Under the pieces are notes generated by a model that saw nothing but the letters and a program-made list of their open reading frames with translations, had not been told where the DNA came from and did not search any database. A DNA stretch of 6,029 bases, taken from assembly GCF_006345805.1 (NCBI RefSeq), contig NW_021829529.1, forward strand, positions 1 through 6,029. Direction: 5' to 3'. The DNA comes from Octopus sinensis (taxonomy: Eukaryota). The first letter of the stretch is position 1, and every line of letters starts with the position of its first letter. Below are positions 1 to 6,029 of the stretch, one piece after another. Both the position numbers and the translations under genes were made by a program.

Positions 1-39
1 ACATACATACATATACAAATGCACATCAAAACAAAAGGA

Positions 40-360
40 CTATATCCGAATCTAGAGGGGTATATAAGGTGAGAGCGATGTATATGTATAGCATGGCGAT
101 AATATATAAAATCACGAATGGTATATATAAAACATGTTGATGCGAAAATCTATTAGACGATATATAAAAGCAAAAAGTGTGTATAGATATGCAATAGAGT
201 ATACATAATTCATAAGAGAACTGTACAAAAGCAATGAGCAGATACAAAAGAAGGAATCGTGTATACAAAAGCGAACAGGGTGTACACAAAAGCGAGCAGG
301 TATATTGCAAAAGCAGGAAGGGTATATACAAAAGCAAGAATTGGGTGGGTACGCAAAGCA
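40..360 (+). repeat. Degenerate ~21-bp minisatellite, purine-rich on + strand (consensus approx. GTATACAAAAGCGAGCAGGGT)
   Basis: CAAAAG anchors at 245, 266, 287, 308 and 329, exactly 21 nt apart. Best units are 261-281 GTATACAAAAGCGAACAGGGT and 282-301 GTACACAAAAGCGAGCAGGT. More decayed units lie upstream (TAAAA at 107, 128, 165; CAAAAGC at 226) and downstream (CAAAGC at 354). Confidence 0.75.
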
Positions 361-920
361 AATTAATTTGAGTAGCAGAGAAGGAGTTGAGGATTAGCAA
401 CAACTTGAAATTGACTGAAATAAAGAGGGTGGGGGGACAGAGAGAAAATGATTACAAAAGAAGTAGTAGGAAGAGGGGGGGCAGATGTCTGTATGTGTGT
501 TAGGGAATGTGGAATGAAGAGGGAAGAGGCAAAAAAATAACAAAAAAAGAATTAACAAAATCAAACTAAAGATGGCAAAACGTCAAAACGAAGATCAATT
601 TTTATGGTTTAAAAAAAATCAACAAATCAATAGATTCTTTTAAAATTAATTTTTCTGTGAAAGGGTTTGATTGATAAAAGAATATTTTTATTTCTGTATT
701 TCAATCGAAGCGGAAGTTACAGTCATGGCAATTCTTTAAACGTTTGTTATTCAGTAGGAGTATTGCGGCTTTTCATCAGGTCTCATCTTGATGTAGTTTT
801 TCGCCGCTTTTCACCAATTGGAAGAACCAAACCAATTTTTGGTCTTTTATTTTGCTTTCACAATTTTCGACACTCCTAATCATTGACAATTGTTTTCACC
901 TCTCACCCCTACACTTCTCG

Positions 921-926
<6 letters not shown>

Positions 927-992
<66 letters not shown>
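927..992 (+). repeat. Perfect (CT)33 microsatellite
   Basis: Uninterrupted CT dinucleotide run read directly from the sequence. Confidence 0.97.
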
Positions 993-995
<3 letters not shown>

Positions 996-1203
996 GCCTA
1001 TTTCTCTGCTTCTCTTGCTCTTTGTGCTTCTCTCTTTCTTTGTCTCTCTCCCCCTATCTCTGTCTCACTCACTGTGTTTTTATTTCTCATTTTCGCTTTC
1101 TCGTAAGCGTTCTCCTTTACTCACTCTTGCCTTTTGATGTTCCTCATTTCTTTTCTATCACTCCCTCCTTTTCTCTTTTCTTTTATTCAATCTCTCCACT
1201 TTC

Positions 1204-1255
<52 letters not shown>

Positions 1256-1295
1256 TCTCTCTCCCTCTCTCGCTTTCTCTTTCTCTTTCTCTCGA
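993..1295 (+). repeat. Pyrimidine-rich low-complexity tract with compound (CT)n(CA)n(CT)n microsatellite at about 1204-1270
   Basis: Strongly C/T-biased + strand with decayed CT repeats; the CT-CA-CT compound run is visible at 1204-1270. Confidence 0.85.
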
Positions 1296-1439
1296 TGTTT
1301 ATATGAATATTTCTATGTGTATGTGTGTGTATATGTACATTAATGTATATGTATTTTCTCATTCTCGCTCCAACCTCATCTCATTTCAAGTACCTGCCTT
1401 CCCAAACACCACCACCCATTCTCTCTCTCTCTCTCTTTC

Positions 1440-1755
1440 TCTCTCTGTTTATCTGTCAATCTTTTACTATCTATATACCTACCAGCCTACCTACCTAATG
1501 ATCTGCCTGCCGGTTGATCCATGTATCAACCCATCTATCTACTTGACTGTCTACACACAAATCCATCCACCCATTCATTCGTCTTTCATCCATCCATCTA
1601 TATAACTATCCACCCAACTAAATATCTACCCATCCATTCTCTTACTCAGCTTCATCCGACCATCCCTCCCTCCATTTATCTACACCCCTTCCTTCTTACT
1701 GCCACACCAAACCACATAACCACATATATATTCAAACATCTATCCATCTGTCTGT
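1440..1755 (+). repeat. Decayed tetranucleotide simple repeat (ATCC/ATCT/ACCT family)
   Basis: Recurrent CATC/TATC/CTAC units, e.g. CTACCTACCTA, ATCCATCCACCCATTCATTC, CATCCATCTA. Confidence 0.75.
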
Positions 1756-1764
1756 CATTGACTG

Positions 1765-1773
1765 TATATATAA
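1765..1773 (+). repeat. Target-site duplication copy 1 (TATATATAA); copy 2 at 2178-2186
   Basis: Identical 9-mers abut the LINE tail and the point where RTE-like translation begins. The motif is low complexity, so chance occurrence is possible. Confidence 0.7.
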
Positions 1774-2177
1774 TTGGCTTTTTTCGTCTATGCAGACGGT
1801 CAATTTAGCATAGAGGTCACTTAATCGAACATATCAGGGGCTCCCTTCTTGCAGCTTCTTTCATGGCTGATTCTTCCTATGACTGAAGCGCAGCTTCTGT
1901 CACAGATCTTGTATACCAAGAGGGTGGTTCGGCGATCTGCATTTCTGTTGTTTTCCTTTCGCCGCTGACGCTTCTCAACTTCATTTTTTCTGTAGCTGCT
2001 CTCTAGCGAAGCAGTTCCTTCCTTCACCACAGTTCTCCTCAGCCCTCTCTTCCCAGGTGCTGACATCCACCTCACACTTGGACAAACTAGTTTTGCAAGT
2101 GTCCTTATACCTCAGTTTTGGTCTTCCTCTTGGCCTCGTGCCCTGGGCCAGTTCTCCATAGAGCAGTTGCTTCGGGA
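1774..2177 (-). mobile_element. 5'-truncated RTE-clade LINE (non-LTR retrotransposon) 3' fragment, about 404 bp
   Basis: Minus-strand translation gives IPKQLLYGELAQGTRPRGRPKLRYKDTCKTSL..STWEERAE and, after a frameshift, RTVVKEG...(Y)KICDRSCASVIGRISHERSC. This matches the motif order PKxLLYGEL-x2-G-x-R-x2-GRPxLRYKD / W / C-terminal zinc finger that I recognise from RTE ORF C-termini. Stop TAA at 1823-1821, short 3' UTR with hairpin CGTCT-GCAT-AGACG (1798-1785), tail AAAAAAGCCAA, and a flanking 9-bp direct repeat. Confidence 0.9.
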
Positions 2178-2178
2178 T
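1821..2178 (-). pseudogene. Disrupted C-terminal part of the RTE ORF (post-RT region plus C2HC zinc finger)
   Basis: Split over track ORFs 1981..2205 and 1821..2075 by a frameshift at about 2037/2036. Zinc finger spacing is [C>Y]-x2-C-x12-H-x3-C at 1913-1851, with the first Cys position reading TAC (1913-1911). Confidence 0.85.
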
Positions 2179-2464
2179 ATATATAAGACAAGAATATGGA
2201 TGCAAAGAATCAAACAGAGCTCACAGTAAGGTACCCGACTGGTGTGTGGCTATCAAGAAAGACCGTGGTTCAAGCCAGGATGTAACCTTGGCGTCGTTCT
2301 GAAAATCCAGGAATCACAACGGTGAAAAGTATATATAATCATTGATCAGAGAAGTGAAGTGAAGTGAGGGAATAGATGTTTATTTCATTAGTTGACAGCT
2401 GTTTTGTAACTCATGTTAATTATATAATCGAGGCTACAGCAACCTTCATATATGTATAAATGAA

Positions 2465-2576
2465 TATACATACATACATAAATATATATGTATATATATT
2501 ATATATATATATATATTATATTATATATATATATATATAATATATATAATATATTATATATATATATATATATAAT
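2465..2576. repeat. (TACA)n/(TA)n compound microsatellite including an 86-bp A/T-only run (2491-2576)
   Basis: No G or C between 2491 and 2576; interrupted TA repeat. Confidence 0.95.
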
Positions 2577-2739
2577 CACCGTTCGTAGTTTGAAGCTCGG
2601 AGCAAAAGAAAAATTTAATTAAAACGACTTTCCGGTCGTTGTCCTTCTTAAAACATGAGTAGAAAGAGCAGAGGAAAGAAGAACCAAATGGAAGTAGGTG
2701 TAATTGAAGTAAACGTACCCACTCTAAGCTTGTATGCGC

Positions 2740-2836
2740 ATACACACACACTCTCTCTCTCTCTCTCTCTCTCCCTCTCTCTCTCCCTCTCTCTCCCTCT
2801 CTCTCTCCCTCTCTCTCCCTCTCTCTTTCACACACA
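2740..2836 (+). repeat. Compound (CA)n(CT)n microsatellite with periodic CCCT interruptions every 10-12 bp
   Basis: ACACACACA, then CTCTCT with CTCCCT interruptions, ending in CACACACA. Confidence 0.93.
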
Positions 2837-3175
2837 CAGGATTACATTTAAAAGGCTACTTATGGACTAGAAATCATTCTTAAAGGCTGCAAGGCAAGAT
2901 TATTACATTAAATATTAAGACAAATTCATTCGTTTCAAATGTTTCATTTATGAACTTCAAATAATGGTATTTATAGTTAAAAGTGAGAGAGTCTTTAAGA
3001 TCATTGGTTTTCTAAAAATAATTAAAGAAGATAAAGTAACTTTAAGTTATATTATGTAATGTATTATATTTTTATATTACATTCTATATATTCTAAAATT
3101 ATAATTTGTAATAAGACACTGCATTCATTCATCTTTTCTTTATCAATCTTAAGAAAACTTAGTTTACAAATAAAT

Positions 3176-3313
3176 AAATATATATATAGGGAGAAAGAGA
3201 GAGAGAGAAAGTGAATATATATATATATATACAAAATAAGAAAATGGAGAAATACATCTAAATCAAATATCGATTACAAGATAATACCCAATCACAACCC
3301 CTATCTCAATTTG

Positions 3314-3347
<34 letters not shown>

Positions 3348-3495
3348 ATATGTACACACTTATTTAAATGCAGGTAGTCATACATGTATACTTAAATATG
3401 CACCCACACGTACATACATATATACATATACACACACATACATACACACGCATACATACATATGTATAGACATGTATAGACTAGCTATATATAAG
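3176..3495. repeat. Cluster of TA, GA and TACA/CA microsatellites, including (TA)14 at 3314-3341
   Basis: Read directly from the sequence. Confidence 0.85.
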
Positions 3496-3992
3496 TAGAT
3501 GTGTATGTATTGTTTCAATGTGCGTATATCTGCTCAAGTGTATACACATTTTTATGTGTACTTGCTTTTTATGCCAGTCAGTATACATGTATATATAGCA
3601 AATTATGTAATTATTTAGTCGTAAGAAAACATACATCCAGAGATAAATACCTACCTAGATTAAGAGACAGTCAGACAGTTGAAAAAGCAGATAGATATGA
3701 CAATGATATAAACAGAATTTCTCGTCTGTATATTTGCTAGAATTATATGTTATTAATGACGATATTAGTGTTTAACTATCAGTTGATGACTGCCACATAT
3801 TCATTATTCTATAATAGGTAGCTTAAAATTTATTGTAAACAAGTAACCAACAATAAATATGTCTTAATGATGATAATGAATGATAATTATATAACCTCTC
3901 TTTCGTTCTCTCTTCGTACACGCTCACACTCACTTTTCTATTTCTATTTACTCATAATTCATGCATGTATTCCTTAACGTCAATGTAGATAT

Positions 3993-4198
3993 ACAGTAAA
4001 CTGGCAGAATCATTAGGACGCTGGGCAAAATGCTAAGCAGCATTTAGCCAGTGTTTACGTTCTGAGTTTGAATTCCGCCGGGGTCGACTATGCCTTTCAT
4101 CCATTCGTGGTCGATAAAATAAGTACCAGTTATCACTAGTGTCGATCTATCCCTTCCTCCAAAACTGCTGGCGTTGTACCAAAAAACTGAAAACAGAA
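3993..4198 (+). mobile_element. tRNA-derived SINE, family A (older, decayed copy)
   Basis: A-box-like TGGCAGAATC (4002-4011) and B-box-like GTTTGAATTCC (4066-4076). These are followed by GGTCGACTATGCCTTTCATCCATTCGTGGTCGATAAAATAAGTACCAG, which I recall as a conserved SINE central domain abundant in octopus DNA (possibly Meta/MESC type; not verified). A-rich 3' end. Boundaries are approximate. Confidence 0.8.
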
Positions 4199-4221
4199 TA
4201 TATGTGTGTGCGCGTGTGTGG

Positions 4222-4528
4222 AGGCGCAATGGCCCAGTGGTTAGGGCAGCGGACTCGCGGCCGGAGGATCGCAGTTTCGATTCCCAGACCGGGCGTTGTG
4301 TGTGTTTATTGAATGAAAACACCTAAAAGCTTCACGAGGCTCAGGCAGGGGCTCGTTGCGACCCCTGTTGTACTCTTTCGCCACAACTTTCTCTCACTCT
4401 CTTATCCTGTTTCTTGAGTAACGCTGCGATGGACTGGCGTCCCGTCCAGCTGGGGGAACACATACGCCATAGAAACTGGGAAACAGGGCCCATGAGCCTG
4501 GCTAGGTTTGAAAAGGACGACGTTTATC

Positions 4529-4533
<5 letters not shown>
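4222..4533 (+). mobile_element. tRNA-derived SINE, family B (CpG-rich, probably younger and near full length)
   Basis: Canonical A box TGGCCCAGTGG (4230-4240), B-box-like GTTTCGATTCCC (4274-4285), internal hairpin CAGGGG..CCCCTG (4346-4367), 3' module GCGATGGACTGGCGTCCCGTCCAGCTGGGG, first TTTT at 4530-4533, then (TA)n. Marked GC/CpG enrichment against the AT-rich background. Confidence 0.88.

Positions 4534-4568
<35 letters not shown>
4533..4568. repeat. Perfect (TA)18 microsatellite at the SINE 3' end
   Basis: Read directly from the sequence. Confidence 0.96.
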
Positions 4569-4570
<2 letters not shown>

Positions 4571-5039
4571 AATAAAAAATGGAGTTAACGCAGGTTTAAA
4601 CAAGTATTTTTTCTTTCTACATATGTTTCAAAAATTCCACTGATACTTATTCAAAAAATAAAAGGTATAAACAATGCAATCTTCTCTTCGGGAAAGGGAA
4701 AAAACGAAACTTGTCAATACGACATTTTAGCAAAAAATGATGGATTCGTATAGCGATAGACAGAACGCTATTAATATTTTGTTAAAAAAACGTTATATGA
4801 TATAACGTCATAAGTAGCTAACAGAAAGAGTAGGGATATTAATAGTGAATGTTAATATAAAGGAAATTAAAGTCTAAACTATATATAATGATAGAGACTA
4901 CTTATATGCACTAAAAGTATGTTTTTGCCAATGCTTACATCTGTATGCTCGTTCTATAACCGTGTTTACTAGAGTATTTTTAGAAAAAATAATGAAAAAT
5001 AGCTCAGAATTGCAGAGAAGACAGAATTTCTTGCCTTTG

Positions 5040-5260
5040 TCATATATATATATACATACATACACTGACACACATGTGTGTGTGCACGTGTGCATGTGAT
5101 TGTGTGCGCATGCATACTTGTATATAATATATTTATAATTTATAATATATATGTAAATACATGTGTCTGCACATATACAGACGCACAAACGTATATGTAT
5201 GTATGTATGCATGCATGTATGTATGCACATATGTATGTATATATGTATGAATGTATTATG
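5040..5260. repeat. Decayed TA/TG/TATG simple-repeat tract
   Basis: Alternating purine-pyrimidine runs such as GTGTGTGCACGTGTGCATGTG and TATGTATGTATGTATGCATGCATG. Confidence 0.85.
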
Positions 5261-5633
5261 TAAGTCTTCTCTTGGCATTGTGAACTGCTGAATATATTGA
5301 TTATTAATTTTGCGTTCATAAATGTTTTCGTCTGCGCACGGTAAATGATTTGAGATATGCCTTGTAAATTTGCATATGCAAAACAGCATGAGCAAGCGTG
5401 TGTGTGTTAATTTACGACGTGAGTACACGTGAGTATTAATGTACCATTGTACAGGTGCGTGCATATGTCTATGTCTCTCTACTAACATTTAATATATGCA
5501 GGTATATGCGGACCAGTCTACGTTTTGATACCATACACACACACACATATATATAATATATATGTGACCTCGTGTGTACCGTTGGCGATTTTTTTCCTCT
5601 GTCTTCCCTTCTCTGGATCTTTCCTTCTCCTAT

Positions 5634-5668
5634 GTTTCCGACGAAGAGCTCCGCTCGAAACGTTAAAC
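5634..5668 (+). ncRNA. Minimal type-I hammerhead ribozyme motif (dimer type, U4C variant)
   Basis: GUUU-CCGACGA-A-GAGC-UCC-GCUC-GAAA-C-GUU-AAAC. Stem I is 5634-5637/5665-5668. Core C3-[C4]-G5-A6-C7-G8-A9 is 5638-5644. Stem II is GAGC/GCUC (5646-5649/5653-5656), G12-A13-A14-A15.1 is 5657-5660, and helix III is the self-complementary ACGU (5660-5663). Predicted cleavage is after GUU, between 5664 and 5665. Confidence 0.68.
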
Positions 5669-5761
5669 CCTCCTTCTTCCCTTCTTTCCTGAGCGTCCAA
5701 TAATACTATATTTGTTCCACGTCCTCGCGTTGTTGTGTTTTTTTTGTGCTTTCTTGTTTGG

Positions 5762-5803
5762 ATTAACTGTATATGTACGAGTATTAACTGTGTATGTACG
5801 AGT
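5762..5803 (+). repeat. 21-bp tandem duplication (2 copies, 20/21 identical)
   Basis: ATTAACTGTATATGTACGAGT (5762-5782) and ATTAACTGTGTATGTACGAGT (5783-5803). Confidence 0.92.
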
Positions 5804-5872
5804 ATATGTGTGACGGTGAGAGAGAAAAAGGATGTATAAAATTATAGGAAAATAAATAAGCGTGCATGTGAG

Positions 5873-5910
<38 letters not shown>

Positions 5911-5983
5911 CATATATATATATATGTATGTATATATGTATGTATATATGTATGTATGTATGTAGGTATGTATGTTTGTATAT
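5873..5983. repeat. Compound (TA)n/(TACA)n/(TATG)n microsatellite
   Basis: Read directly from the sequence. Confidence 0.93.
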
Positions 5984-6029
5984 GAAAAAAATAATACAAA
6001 TGGCTTTCTGATACTTTTTTTCCCACTTT

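Larger units (their letters stand above)
5563..5820 (+). mobile_element. Putative solo pseudo-LTR / non-autonomous remnant of a Penelope-like element carrying a hammerhead motif
   Basis: A complex, CpG-retaining segment bounded by simple repeats and containing a minimal type-I hammerhead fold. Such motifs are a known hallmark of Penelope-like element pLTRs. No RT or GIY-YIG coding sequence is visible, so the class and boundaries are inferred. Confidence 0.45.

Noticed and set aside
245-349. CRISPR-like array or other prokaryotic system
   Set aside because: The units are contiguous tandem repeats without unique spacers, there are no cas or other bacterial genes, and the context is clearly eukaryotic repeat DNA.
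26-403. 125-aa hydrophobic ORF on the minus strand as a membrane-protein gene
   Set aside because: It is the antisense of a purine-rich minisatellite, so stops are depleted by composition. It has a non-ATG start in the track, repeat register shifts of 19 and 25 nt, and no recognisable domain.
735-780. Second hammerhead-like motif on the minus strand (CUGAUGA ... CAAACGUUU)
   Set aside because: G12 is absent (CAAA rather than GAAA), and neither stem II nor stem I can be formed.
852-1808. Overlapping Ser/Leu-rich and His/Pro/Ile-rich ORFs on the + strand
   Set aside because: These are translations of (CT)n, (CA)n and ATCC repeats, open in several frames at once.
2226-2300. Minus-strand exon-like segment after TTTTCAG reading NDAKVTSWLEPR (WW-domain-like TSWLxPR)
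   Set aside because: It has only a short polypyrimidine tract, no convincing donor site, and lacks the rest of a WW domain. Chance resemblance is likely.
2318-2583. Inverted repeat AACGGTGA (2318-2325) / TCACCGTT (2576-2583) as MITE termini
   Set aside because: The match is only 8 bp, does not extend, and has no flanking TSD.
4222-4295. Functional tRNA gene
   Set aside because: A and B boxes are present, but I could not form a proper acceptor stem or cloverleaf, and the sequence continues into a SINE body.
4044-4322. 92-aa minus-strand ORF
   Set aside because: It is an antisense read-through of two SINEs with no protein features.
4898-6026. ORFs 4898..5488, 5078..5263, 5518..5700 and 5784..6026
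   Set aside because: These are dominated by HT/YI/CV dipeptides from microsatellites, or (5518..5700) are the antisense of the pyrimidine-rich ribozyme-bearing segment.

Overview
AT-rich, microsatellite-dense eukaryotic non-coding DNA with no intact protein-coding gene that I can support. The SINE types and repeat landscape resemble octopus/coleoid cephalopod genomes, from my recollection rather than a search. The window contains: a degenerate 21-bp minisatellite (about 40-360); long CT/CA/TA/ATCC simple repeats; a 5'-truncated, frameshifted RTE-clade LINE 3' end on the minus strand (1774-2177) with a 9-bp target-site duplication; two different tRNA-derived SINEs head-to-tail (about 3993-4198 and 4222-4533); and a repeat-like segment (about 5563-5820). 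The most notable item lies in that last segment: a compact minimal type-I hammerhead ribozyme fold (5634-5668, + strand) of the kind carried by Penelope-like retroelements, with a palindromic helix III (dimer type) and a U4C core variant. All other ORFs in the supplied track look like products of low-complexity composition.
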